64,000 bases of DNA from an uncultured virus (IMG/VR IMGVR_UViG_3300042569_001770) (taxonomy: Duplodnaviria > Heunggongvirae > Uroviricota > Caudoviricetes), in IMG/VR virus record IMGVR_UViG_3300042569_001770; one strand, 5' to 3'. The notes under the pieces are model-generated. The model did not search any database, was not told the origin of the DNA, and was given only the letters and a program-made list of their open reading frames with translations. Position 1 is the first letter of the stretch, and each line of letters starts with the position of its first letter. The position numbers were made by a program, and so were the translations under genes. Positions 37,226 to 47,362 of the stretch are shown here, piece by piece.

Positions 37226-37996
37226 TTAGGCTTTGTTTATATTCCACTCACAATTTTTTACTATCAATTTCACAGACTGTATACTTGTTTCTGCAGAGTC
37301 GTCATTTGTATAAATAGCATTAAGTTTTAAATATCTGTTTATTTGTTTTAAAGACAGTCCTCTATCTGTAAAAATGCATGTTATTGGCTTTGTTTGTTTA
37401 CAATAACTAGTACCCGAACAGTCTATACAACCACAAGACCCAGCACAAGCTCTACCAGATGTTGTAGTTGAACAATTTACAGTTACGTTTACGTTTTGAG
37501 TTTGGCAATTAACAATTTTTTCATTACCGTAATAATAATTTTCTTTTTGATCCAAGGATTTTAAATAATAAATAAAAGCAATTTGACCGTCTATGTAGTT
37601 GGGTTTAATTATATTATTAGTTTTTACTGGATAATTTGTTTGCATCCATTTGCATAACATATCTTCTATATATTCTACAGAAAAAATAGAAGGTTTGTCA
37701 TAAACTTTCTCTATATAAAATAAAATAATAGGTTTCAACCATTTTATTTTGTTATTATTTACGTCTAAATATTTTTGGGATAAACTATTTTTATTTTGTT
37801 CTAAAAAAGAACAAGCATTGAATAATCGATCATATATGACATCAATATTTTGTACAAAATTGGATATATCAACATCCCGTTCTTTTTCCAAATCAAAAAA
37901 AAGATTTAAATCTGAAAAACTCTTATTTAAGGTTTGCAGTGTATTGCCTATATCTTCTTGTTTATTTAAATATGGCAAAACGTATTTATTACTCAT
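37226..37996 (-). CDS. hypothetical virion protein (paralog family A) with a Cys-rich loop
   Basis: EDIGNTLQTLNKSF and 8 Cys clustered near the C-terminus. Confidence 0.6.
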   Translation of the reverse strand: MSNKYVLPYLNKQEDIGNTLQTLNKSFSDLNLFFDLEKERDVDISNFVQNIDVIYDRLFNACSFLEQNKNSLSQKYLDVNNNKIKWLKPIILFYIEKVYDKPSIFSVEYIEDMLCKWMQTNYPVKTNNIIKPNYIDGQIAFIYYLKSLDQKENYYYGNEKIVNCQTQNVNVTVNCSTTTSGRACAGSCGCIDCSGTSYCKQTKPITCIFTDRGLSLKQINRYLKLNAIYTNDDSAETSIQSVKLIVKNCEWNINKA

Positions 37997-37999
37997 ATT

Positions 38000-38911
38000 T
38001 TATCTCACCCACTTTCCAGTATTTTGATTAAGTGTCAAATTTATTATTTGATGACCAATTAATCTTTTATCTTGACCTGTCAATTTTCCAGTTAAATTCA
38101 TATCTTCACCTTTCCAGGTAGATGCATTATATCCTAATCCCCAACCATTACAACTCCCTTCTGCACACTGATTAGTGCTGCTTGAACTACGTGATGCCTG
38201 CTGTTGCCCCCCAACAAATCCAGACACTGTACCACGACCAGGACACCAATCATACATATTAGCACATTGTTGATTACCGTTAACTATTGATTTATTACAT
38301 CCTTTATTGCCATAATGTGTAATGGCACAACCAGAACAACACACTTTTCCACTCGCTCCTTTTGGAGCACAATTTTCCTTATAAGTAACACCAAAATTAA
38401 AATCATCATCTACCGAATCGTATATATAGATCCTCACATTTATTTTTTTATACAAACCATATAAATGAACTGGGTAATTTGTATTGACCCACTCTAACAT
38501 CTGTCTAATATTAATTAAAGATACAGTTGTATTTTCTGTTATTAATCCATTAATATAAGATCCCCAATTTCTAAGAAGTAATATTGAGGGATAAACTATT
38601 TCTAAAGGTGTATAAATATTATTCCAAACATTTTCATATTTGTCATAGGTTTGAGATGCATCTACCCAATTACCACTAAATTGAGTTACATATGTTAAAA
38701 AATTTTGATACTTTGATTTATTTCTATTATATCGATTTATTACAGTTTGAGCAAAAAATTTATTATCAATTTGATTCAAAGAATCCAACAAAGTTTTAAA
38801 ATTCGTTTGAATAATATCAAACGAATCATTTAGGCAATAATTTTCATCTATAAGAATTACTCTTGGAGCCTTTGTATTTGTTTTGTCTAAAATTTCTACA
38901 CTCATAACCAA
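38000..38911 (-). CDS. hypothetical virion protein (paralog family A) with a Cys-rich loop
   Basis: CLNDSFDIIQTNF and 9 Cys clustered near the C-terminus. Confidence 0.6.
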   Translation of the reverse strand: MVMSVEILDKTNTKAPRVILIDENYCLNDSFDIIQTNFKTLLDSLNQIDNKFFAQTVINRYNRNKSKYQNFLTYVTQFSGNWVDASQTYDKYENVWNNIYTPLEIVYPSILLLRNWGSYINGLITENTTVSLINIRQMLEWVNTNYPVHLYGLYKKINVRIYIYDSVDDDFNFGVTYKENCAPKGASGKVCCSGCAITHYGNKGCNKSIVNGNQQCANMYDWCPGRGTVSGFVGGQQQASRSSSSTNQCAEGSCNGWGLGYNASTWKGEDMNLTGKLTGQDKRLIGHQIINLTLNQNTGKWVR

Positions 38912-41900
38912 TTAATTTTATTTAAATATGTGTTTGAAGGGCTAATGGTTTCTATATTATTTTTTATAGCAGTCTCTACAATTTTTTTCAAATCATCAGA
39001 AACTTCAAAATTGTGAATGTTTATGTTGTAATAATTACTCTTACTGCCTGGCATTTGATATTTATATACATGATCTATTCTTTCTATGTAATTACGATCA
39101 CCTATAATTATATTCCAATTTAAATTTTGCCGTTGTATGGAATATGGAGAAGAAAAATATATTTGTTCAATTTCTTTGGCGTTTAAAGATTTATTATAAA
39201 CTTTTAAATTTGAAATTTGTCCTTTAAATTTATAGCCGTCTTCTATAGACAATACATCATTTAAACTAGTATTTTTTATAGATGTAGCACCCACCAACAA
39301 AGGTGAAGTATAATCATAGGTTAATTGCCAATTTTTAGGAAAAGTACTAGACGCTACCTTTACAGAATCTATATAATAATTGCTTTCCCCCATTAGAGTA
39401 TCAAATGTAAATGCAAAATTATGCCAACCTGGAGGTAAACCAGAAATATTGTGTGTTAAGGATATTAATTGTTTGTCATTTTTTAACGGATCTGATACTT
39501 TAAATTTCCAACTCAAATCTCTTGTCGTATGATTATTAAATTTTCTTATATAATGAAACCCTGTAAAATCTCCCGCAGCGTTAAATTTCCAATCTCCTTC
39601 AAACCGAGTCTCTTCATTTTGAATATATGTCCTTAAATCCGTACGAAGTATTAAAGTACCATTAGTTTGAAATTTATATAATTTATAATGTAAAGTATCT
39701 ACGACTACAATTATATCATACATACTTTTTTGTAATTCTCTACAATCCTTATTGAATTCATCTGCCGGTGTTCTTAAAAAATTAATATAAGAATACTGTT
39801 TTGTTGGTAAATCACAAGGATCCAAATAATCATCTAAAAGTTTTTTATTTATTTCAAATTTTTCAGTAGATATGTTATATTTAATGAGAAAATTATCCCA
39901 AGTCAACATCCATATGTTATTATCACTGTCACAAGTAATTTGTTGACACTTGCCTACATAACCTTTGACTATTTTATTTGTATAGTATTTTGAGACAGAA
40001 TTATAATTCTGAGAATAATATAAATTACCACCAATTATTTCCCACAAATTGTTATAATTGTCTATAACGCTAACAACACTATCACAATAAACTATATTAT
40101 TATTTAAATCAATTTCAAATCTATTAATATATTTTCCAGTTAAAATAGAAGACTGATCCCCATTAGAATTTATTTTTAAAATGACTCCAGTTTTTTTATC
40201 CATTAAAACCACATTTTCATTTTTATCAAGCTCTGCTTGATCTATTCTAGTCACGCGAGAAGATAAAATATTTTTATCTTGAATTATTATTTTACCGTTA
40301 TTATCTATTTTATATATTTTTAAATTTTTTGTATCTATAATCCAAGAATTAAAATCTTGAAGCCTTAATATATATTCAAAATTAGCATCACCGTAATTTG
40401 AAAGATCAAAAGAATCTGCTAAACCAGAACGATAGTTTATGGTGTATAATCTTTTTTCTAATCCTTCACTTATAGTCATTAGAGGAGCTATTTGACCTGC
40501 ATTATTAATTAACCCCCAACCTCCATTATAATAATTCCCCACTATTTGCCACCCATTTAAATTACTCCAATCTTCTACCTTTAACCATAAAGATACGGTC
40601 AATTTTTGAGATTCCAACAACAGAGACTTTGCTGGGAAAATAATATGATTGCTGCCATTGAAAATAAAATAATCCTTAGGGTTTTCATTTTCTAAAGGTT
40701 TGACTATTAATCCATCATTTTTATAAGGAGAAGAATCTAATAAAGGTTTACCGGACCAGTCTTGTATGTCTAGTATTTTTGATCCCTTAGGATTCTCTGG
40801 TGTATAATCTAAATAGGGTAAAAATTCTTTTGCACTATTTTGTCCCTGTCTAAAATATTTGTATCTGGCACCAGGTTCCATGCCCATTGTAGACGGACTA
40901 TCATAAACGTATGGTCTTATAGGATCCAATCTATGCACAAAATTCATAGATTGAGCGGTTAAAGCATTGTCTATGGTATAATAAGCTGCATTATAATATC
41001 TATCCATCCATTGAGAACTACCATCTTTATTGGATTTCAACCAAGAACACAACCAAGTACCAGTTTCTCTTATAAAAGAAGGAGGTTGAGTCCAAACCGG
41101 TATCATATTTTTATAATTTTGTGCAGAAGCGTATATTCTATCAGACACTAGTGGATGTTCTCCAGATATTGCACCAGATTTTATCAGGTTATTAGCAGAT
41201 AAAGGTGTACGCGGAGCTCCTGGTGGATATTGAAATTCTGTATAGGTGTCAGCTGGTAAATATAACTTAGTGGTATCAGATGTATACCCCAAATATACAT
41301 TATCTAAACCTTTTTCCTGATTAGTTCCAGTAAATATTTGCCAATAAATTCTTCTTATATGCGTATTTTCTTGAACGTATGTTGTAGCGTCTGTGTAATC
41401 ATATTCTGCTGTCTGATAATTTTTTAAACTTAAAAAATCTGCTTCATAAACTGCTTCTTCATCAATAATGTTTGGATTTTCACCGCCAAACATTATTAAA
41501 TAATTTTGAAAATATTCTTTATTAAAAAGAGTTGTATTTTTATTTAAAGAATCTATGGGATCTATAGGAGAATTATTATATTCTACTATTCTACTATTAA
41601 CCATAGAATCATAATTTGTTTTTACTTTTGAGTAACTAGTTAATTTAAAAGTAATATCATTAGGAACTTTATAATTGAAAGGCAAATATACATTTTTTAA
41701 GCTTAAAATATTATTTTGTATTGATAAAGCTAAAGTATTATCTGACCCGGCCCTAAATAAACATATTTGCCCATTATCACTTAAATAATATTCAAATCTT
41801 TGTTCATTTATATATGGTCTTATTTTAGGAGCAAAATAAGTTTGTGTAGGATTCAAACCATCACACTGCAACACATAATCATTATTATTTTCTATAAAAA

Positions 41901-42318
41901 TTAAATTTTTATCCGTATCATCAACAACAAATTTGAGAACATCTGCGTTTGATATAGTATCTCTGTTTGTTTTAGTTATACAATTTATTATACCTTTTGA
42001 AGTTTGTACAGGGGAAACGGTCAAGGTAAATCCATTCTGATCCGTCATCGGACTAATAATTTGTGTTAAATCATAATTTTGAGCCGGCAATTCTGTATTC
42101 TTAAATAATTCCCCCGCAGAAAGTACGTCTGTTAAGAATAAAGCTGTTTGACGGTTATAGGAATAATCCATGCCCTGATAGAGAAAATTATGAGCATTTA
42201 TAATCATACCATTATCAAAAAAATATTTGGTATAAGCAGATTCTAATTGGTTTCCACTAGATATAAGTCTTAAAGGATACCAATAAAAAGATGAAGCTGT
42301 ATTATAAACGGTAATCAT
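38902..42318 (-). CDS. large virion protein with a split LamG/ConA-like domain around a beta-propeller-like insert
   Basis: FNGSNHI...LTVSLWLK, then GWHNFAFTFD...YIDS...FKGQISNLKVYNKSLNAKEIEQIY. Confidence 0.7.
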   Translation of the reverse strand: MITVYNTASSFYWYPLRLISSGNQLESAYTKYFFDNGMIINAHNFLYQGMDYSYNRQTALFLTDVLSAGELFKNTELPAQNYDLTQIISPMTDQNGFTLTVSPVQTSKGIINCITKTNRDTISNADVLKFVVDDTDKNLIFIENNNDYVLQCDGLNPTQTYFAPKIRPYINEQRFEYYLSDNGQICLFRAGSDNTLALSIQNNILSLKNVYLPFNYKVPNDITFKLTSYSKVKTNYDSMVNSRIVEYNNSPIDPIDSLNKNTTLFNKEYFQNYLIMFGGENPNIIDEEAVYEADFLSLKNYQTAEYDYTDATTYVQENTHIRRIYWQIFTGTNQEKGLDNVYLGYTSDTTKLYLPADTYTEFQYPPGAPRTPLSANNLIKSGAISGEHPLVSDRIYASAQNYKNMIPVWTQPPSFIRETGTWLCSWLKSNKDGSSQWMDRYYNAAYYTIDNALTAQSMNFVHRLDPIRPYVYDSPSTMGMEPGARYKYFRQGQNSAKEFLPYLDYTPENPKGSKILDIQDWSGKPLLDSSPYKNDGLIVKPLENENPKDYFIFNGSNHIIFPAKSLLLESQKLTVSLWLKVEDWSNLNGWQIVGNYYNGGWGLINNAGQIAPLMTISEGLEKRLYTINYRSGLADSFDLSNYGDANFEYILRLQDFNSWIIDTKNLKIYKIDNNGKIIIQDKNILSSRVTRIDQAELDKNENVVLMDKKTGVILKINSNGDQSSILTGKYINRFEIDLNNNIVYCDSVVSVIDNYNNLWEIIGGNLYYSQNYNSVSKYYTNKIVKGYVGKCQQITCDSDNNIWMLTWDNFLIKYNISTEKFEINKKLLDDYLDPCDLPTKQYSYINFLRTPADEFNKDCRELQKSMYDIIVVVDTLHYKLYKFQTNGTLILRTDLRTYIQNEETRFEGDWKFNAAGDFTGFHYIRKFNNHTTRDLSWKFKVSDPLKNDKQLISLTHNISGLPPGWHNFAFTFDTLMGESNYYIDSVKVASSTFPKNWQLTYDYTSPLLVGATSIKNTSLNDVLSIEDGYKFKGQISNLKVYNKSLNAKEIEQIYFSSPYSIQRQNLNWNIIIGDRNYIERIDHVYKYQMPGSKSNYYNINIHNFEVSDDLKKIVETAIKNNIETISPSNTYLNKINWL

Positions 42319-42319
42319 A

Positions 42320-43120
42320 TTAATATATGTCTGAATCTACTGTCAAGGTTTTTTGCAGAGAAATATTATATTTTATATCTTTTGTTTTAGCATAAGGAAA
42401 AAAGGCATTTATTTCTTTCACATCTAAATTTTGATCTTTTAAAATATTAATACTGACAAAACCAAAGTGTTTTCTTGGACCTCTTAAAATATGAGATACA
42501 TTAAACATCTTTGTAGATTTATTGTAAGTTATTTTTGGAGGTTCCATAATAGGAAAAGAGGGATAATAATTATATATGCCAAAATTATAATGTAAGTTAA
42601 AATATAATTTGACATCCAATACAGAACTATTCATATCGAATTGCTCTATTATATATTCAACCAAACATCCAGACAAATCCGGAGCATGACTCGCCATCTT
42701 ATTCGTAACTATATAAATTTTTCGGTTATTTTCGTCAAACCAGTAATCGGGAAATCCTAATCTTCTTGCCAATAAAGAAGTAGTAAAATTATTATCCTGA
42801 TTTATTGGCCTTATTTTACCGTCCTCTAATGTTATTTGGTCAAAAAAATTACCACGTTTTGTTTCTACAAACAAAACATCCTGCATCACATCAAATCTCA
42901 AAATTTCTACACCACTAGTTAATTCATGATAAAAGGTATAGTTATCACTATTTAATGCCTCGTCCAAATAGTCTTCATATACCTCAACATCTTTATATTT
43001 TAAAAACACGGCACTCAAAGCCTCTGCAGCTGGCTGCACAACACCTTCTGGATTTTTTAACCACAACTCTCCTCTTTGCAGATTTTTTTCATAAAAACTG
43101 TATGTAAAATATTTTCCCAT
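42320..43120 (-). CDS. hypothetical virion-associated protein
   Basis: 266-aa ORF in a tight operon. Confidence 0.55.
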   Translation of the reverse strand: MGKYFTYSFYEKNLQRGELWLKNPEGVVQPAAEALSAVFLKYKDVEVYEDYLDEALNSDNYTFYHELTSGVEILRFDVMQDVLFVETKRGNFFDQITLEDGKIRPINQDNNFTTSLLARRLGFPDYWFDENNRKIYIVTNKMASHAPDLSGCLVEYIIEQFDMNSSVLDVKLYFNLHYNFGIYNYYPSFPIMEPPKITYNKSTKMFNVSHILRGPRKHFGFVSINILKDQNLDVKEINAFFPYAKTKDIKYNISLQKTLTVDSDIY

Positions 43121-43121
43121 T

Positions 43122-43721
43122 TTAATTACTTAGTGGAAGAACTTTATAATCATACCCCAGTATCGGAAGTGTATCACCAGATTTTTCTCTCCAATCTATA
43201 ACCACAGGAAAAGCCCAAGTAGGTTCCTTACCTTCAAATATGTATAATATTTTATTGTCTGCATCAAACATTTTAGTATAAACTAAATGCATATTTTTAA
43301 AAAAAGCTGCTCTAGTACCATCTAAACGAGGCGCATTTAAGGATATATTAAAACTATATCTAATAGGATCTTTAATTCCAAATTGATACAAATATATATT
43401 TGCAGTTAATTGTTTTTTAAATTCTGCAGACAAAGAATATACATGACTTTTAACAAAATTTCTTGGGTCTCCACTTTCTGGAAATGTGCCAGTATTGTCT
43501 GAAGCCGAAAATACCGAAGGAAAAAACTTTTGCTCGTCTATTTGTCCATCTCCCCAATTATATACAATTCTGTTAATTTTTGAATTAAAAAAAACAGCTG
43601 GTGGTACTGGTTGGGATATAGATGGGTCTATATTTAATTTAAAAGGCACAAAACTCGTCACGTCTATAGTTTTATTAGCACTTAATAAATTTAATGTAGT
43701 TTCATATATTTTTGCTTCCAT
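43122..43721 (-). CDS. hypothetical protein with a PKD-like motif
   Basis: YNWGDG...SHVY. Confidence 0.55.
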   Translation of the reverse strand: MEAKIYETTLNLLSANKTIDVTSFVPFKLNIDPSISQPVPPAVFFNSKINRIVYNWGDGQIDEQKFFPSVFSASDNTGTFPESGDPRNFVKSHVYSLSAEFKKQLTANIYLYQFGIKDPIRYSFNISLNAPRLDGTRAAFFKNMHLVYTKMFDADNKILYIFEGKEPTWAFPVVIDWREKSGDTLPILGYDYKVLPLSN

Positions 43722-43727
43722 AACAAT

Positions 43728-45815
43728 TTATTTTTTTAAGGGTGTTTTAACGTTAGAACAGCAGGAACTAGAAGCATCTATCCAAGACTTAGTAGGAGCA
43801 TATGTAGAAGGAAAAGAAGATTTTAATTCTGCAAAAGATATAGGATTTATATTACAGGTTTTTATCATAGGTTTTGACAATTTGTAGGTCGACATGGCTT
43901 TCCAAGACCAACAAAACAAAGAACTGCATTTGTTAAGAGATTTGCCTAAACTACTTTCTACAACTACATTTGATATGTCTAAAAACTCTTTCAAAACCAA
44001 CAAAGATTGATATAATTTATTTAACTCTCTGTTTATTACACTAGGCACGTGCAATTCATTAACACCTACAGCCACCAAATCATTTTCCACGTCAGATAAA
44101 AATTTAGGTCGCAATTCTGCTTTTACTGGTGCTAAACCAAAGTAATTTAACACGCCAGCTGCAGTATACTCTGACACTAGTTCTAATTTAGATTCTAAAG
44201 AATTTCTAAAGTTTTTTATGTTTTGTGTTAGCCTCAATAAAGATCTATTGTATGTTAAATCCTGTACAATTTCGTCTTTATATATTTTTAATTGATCCAA
44301 AGACCAATAATTTATATCTAAACCCCTACCGGTTTCTATAATTTCTGTAATTTCTTGCATTTTTAACACGGCATTATTAGTTGCAAGTAATATATTTCTT
44401 CCGTAAGCTTTTTTTGCTGCATTAATTTTTAATCCAGCTTCCGGCATTTCCACAACATCCATATTTAAACCCAGAGCAGTATATTTAAATATACCACTAT
44501 CAGTTCTTATATACAAAAATTCTCCACTTTCATCAAAAAATATTTGACGAGGATTTAATTTTTTTAAATTTTCTATAGAAAAAACGGAAATAGGAGTTGT
44601 CTTTTTATATTCAAAAATATAAACGGAAGAAGGAGTCAATATATAGGTAAAATTTGAATCTTTTTGCACTGCCACAGATAGGGGTTGATTAGTTTCAAAT
44701 TCTTCTATATAATAAGTATGAATCCAATCAAGAGTTTCACTATAGGTTTTAACTGATTGATTATTATAATCTAATATGTATATGTTATTGTTTACATGTA
44801 TGAGTTGTATAGGATTATTTAAACCATAAGGATTGTTTAAATCTCCATAAGTTCCTATATTATACGTCAAAGACATTATAGGATTGTAAGTTTCATATAA
44901 CGTATTAACTTCATCATAATCAATATCTACACGATATATTTTATTTTGTAAGGAATCTAATAAAAAAAGTAATTTTCCATCTTCACTAACATCAAAAGAC
45001 ACCAAATTTGTTACAGTTGCCAATATTTCTGCTTTATTGTCAAAGGGTATTTCTGTAGGTTGATTGGAATTTTTAAATATTTTTAAATCATTGCCATCTA
45101 ACACAAAAAACATGTGGTTAGTTTCGGCTAAATCTTTAATTTGATTAAAACCTCCTCTTAAATTAGTAGCCAAACTAGGTAACATTAATGCTTCTTGGCG
45201 ATAATTTATACTATGCCACCGCAATCCATCAACCAAAACATTTCTATTAGTCCCCAACCATCCAAAATAAAGAGAAGGGGTTTTAGTATTCAAAACTCGA
45301 GTATTGGATCTTAAATATTCTAAACACTCATGTAAACGTGTTACAGATGTATTGTATATAGACTCTACACCAAATTCATTAGGATTAATTCTTACTTCAT
45401 CAAAGGAATAAGGCAAAGTTAATATATTTTCTCCCAGTATTCGTATATCTTCTTGACTAAATGTAGGCCATTCTTTTAAAATCTGTATGGGAGTTTCCGT
45501 AAAAAATAATTTTTTAGTATTGTTTACATACGTTACCTCATAACTTACATAATAAGAACCTACAGACTTAAAAATGTAGGTTACATTGTCTAAAGAAGGA
45601 GTTGCTGGATCTAAGTCTAAATTTAAAAAATTTAATTGTTCTGTTGTTAAATTATTTTCTCCAGTTATTAATTTTATATTTTTAATTTGCAGCTGGTTAT
45701 TTAATAAAATAGGCAATTCAAATTTAAAAAATATAGGTTGGTCTACTAAAGCATAAAATGTAGATATATATAATCGCGGATTAGCAGAATTAGAACCTGT
45801 AACTATTGTTGCCAT
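43728..45815 (-). CDS. virion protein with an NHL/beta-propeller-like region and a Cys-rich C-terminus
   Basis: LFLLDSLQNKIYR and LNNPIQL...IYILDYNNQSVK; TATAAATA at 45825..45832. Confidence 0.65.
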   Translation of the reverse strand: MATIVTGSNSANPRLYISTFYALVDQPIFFKFELPILLNNQLQIKNIKLITGENNLTTEQLNFLNLDLDPATPSLDNVTYIFKSVGSYYVSYEVTYVNNTKKLFFTETPIQILKEWPTFSQEDIRILGENILTLPYSFDEVRINPNEFGVESIYNTSVTRLHECLEYLRSNTRVLNTKTPSLYFGWLGTNRNVLVDGLRWHSINYRQEALMLPSLATNLRGGFNQIKDLAETNHMFFVLDGNDLKIFKNSNQPTEIPFDNKAEILATVTNLVSFDVSEDGKLLFLLDSLQNKIYRVDIDYDEVNTLYETYNPIMSLTYNIGTYGDLNNPYGLNNPIQLIHVNNNIYILDYNNQSVKTYSETLDWIHTYYIEEFETNQPLSVAVQKDSNFTYILTPSSVYIFEYKKTTPISVFSIENLKKLNPRQIFFDESGEFLYIRTDSGIFKYTALGLNMDVVEMPEAGLKINAAKKAYGRNILLATNNAVLKMQEITEIIETGRGLDINYWSLDQLKIYKDEIVQDLTYNRSLLRLTQNIKNFRNSLESKLELVSEYTAAGVLNYFGLAPVKAELRPKFLSDVENDLVAVGVNELHVPSVINRELNKLYQSLLVLKEFLDISNVVVESSLGKSLNKCSSLFCWSWKAMSTYKLSKPMIKTCNINPISFAELKSSFPSTYAPTKSWIDASSSCCSNVKTPLKK

Positions 45816-45845
45816 TTATTATAATATTTATAGGCAACTATAGTT
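45801..45845 (-). promoter_or_regulatory. 13-bp inverted repeat (1 mismatch) enclosing a late promoter TATAAATA and a start codon
   Basis: Arms aactattgttgcc (45801-45813) and ggcaactatagtt (45833-45845). Confidence 0.65.
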
Positions 45846-45987
45846 TTTTACACAGAAGATGTAAGTGAAGGAATAATTGTTGAAACATCAAGCAGATTTA
45901 TAGACTTTACAACTTCTGCTTAAACTATAAAAAATATTTAGGCGTTTATTTGAGAGAATTATCAGACCGAGTTTTTTAATTTATGGA

Positions 45988-46905
45988 CTACATCACGTAA
46001 TATGCAACTCTTGAAGTACTGCCAGAACTACCAACAGCAACAAATTTTCCTTCTCCATACGTTATTGATCTCCAGGTACTAGAAGGCAAGGTATCCGAAA
46101 TCCATGTTTCACTGTTAGTACTATATGCAGCAGCTGTACTACCACCAACAGCAACAAATCTTCCTTCTCCATATGTTAATGATCTCCAGACACTGGAAGG
46201 TAATGTAGTTTGCGTCCAACTAATCCCATCATCACTATATGCTACTATATTTCTTGTTGATGTTATGCCGGTAACAGCGACAAACCGACCTCCTCCGTAT
46301 GTTACTGAAGCCCATCTTGATCTTGATGGCAACGTTGATTGCGTCCAGTCAATTCCATTAGAGCTGTACATAAAAGCATTATCCCCATCAACAACAGCAA
46401 CAAATCTACCTTCCCCATATGTTACTGAAGTATACGTTCTGGGAATCGTTTCCGCCGACTGTACCCAGTTAATTCCGTTGTCACTATATGCCATTCTGAA
46501 GCTATTAACACTAACAGCAACAAATCTACCATTTCCATGTGTTACTGACCACCAGCTTTGAACAAAAGGTAACGTTGTTTGTATCCATGTAATTCCATCC
46601 TCACTATATGCGGCTATATCTGTACTGGAAAAATTACCACCGACAGCAACAAACCGACCTCCTCCGTATGTTACAGAAGCCCAGTATACATCAGAAGGCA
46701 ATGGAGTTTGTGTCCAAGTAATCCCATCATCACTATATGCTGCTATATTTGTCGATGAAATAGCAACAAATATACCACTTCCATATGCCAACGAAGTCCA
46801 TATCAGAGATGATGATGATGGTATAGTACCTAGTGTCCATATTTGTGTAGGAGTTGGAGTTCCTGTTGGTGATTTTGTTAATAATCTTTTAGAAGCAAGG
46901 CTCAT
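45988..46905 (-). CDS. beta-propeller repeat protein (BNR/YVTN-like), candidate adhesin
   Basis: About 7 repeats of W.SVTYG.GRFVAV...AAYS.DGITWTQTTLP. Confidence 0.75.
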   Translation of the reverse strand: MSLASKRLLTKSPTGTPTPTQIWTLGTIPSSSSLIWTSLAYGSGIFVAISSTNIAAYSDDGITWTQTPLPSDVYWASVTYGGGRFVAVGGNFSSTDIAAYSEDGITWIQTTLPFVQSWWSVTHGNGRFVAVSVNSFRMAYSDNGINWVQSAETIPRTYTSVTYGEGRFVAVVDGDNAFMYSSNGIDWTQSTLPSRSRWASVTYGGGRFVAVTGITSTRNIVAYSDDGISWTQTTLPSSVWRSLTYGEGRFVAVGGSTAAAYSTNSETWISDTLPSSTWRSITYGEGKFVAVGSSGSTSRVAYYVM

Positions 46906-47360
46906 GGTTTTTCAGGAAAAACAACATCATCTGGATTTGAAAATAATTGTGGGATATCTCTTAATTGTTTTCTGTAATTAATCCATAACGACTTTGTTTC
47001 TATATCCATTTCCTCCCACTTATCTACCATGACTTCTATATCAGATTCTTTTAACAAATTATTTCTTTTAAACCTAACAGAATACCATTTTACATCAATT
47101 TTTGTTTGATTCTCCACATTAATTTCTTCTTGTGTTTTATCTCTTGTAACAATAACTTCTTTTACAACATTATCTTCAATTTGATATGCGACACTTTCTT
47201 GAATTTCTTTATTGTCAGAAATTGTTTCAATAGGCAACCACCCATATGGTTTAATTTCATTATCCGAAAGAAGATAAAAATTAGACACATTATCAAAATT
47301 TACAGGCAACTCCCCAATTTGAGTTACTTCGCCGTCTTTAATTAAACAATATCTTTTCAT
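46902..47360 (-). CDS. tail fibre assembly chaperone-like protein
   Basis: GWLP, VR.KRNNLLKESD and W.NYRKQLRDIPQ...FP.KP. Confidence 0.85.
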   Translation of the reverse strand: MKRYCLIKDGEVTQIGELPVNFDNVSNFYLLSDNEIKPYGWLPIETISDNKEIQESVAYQIEDNVVKEVIVTRDKTQEEINVENQTKIDVKWYSVRFKRNNLLKESDIEVMVDKWEEMDIETKSLWINYRKQLRDIPQLFSNPDDVVFPEKP

Positions 47361-47362
47361 AA

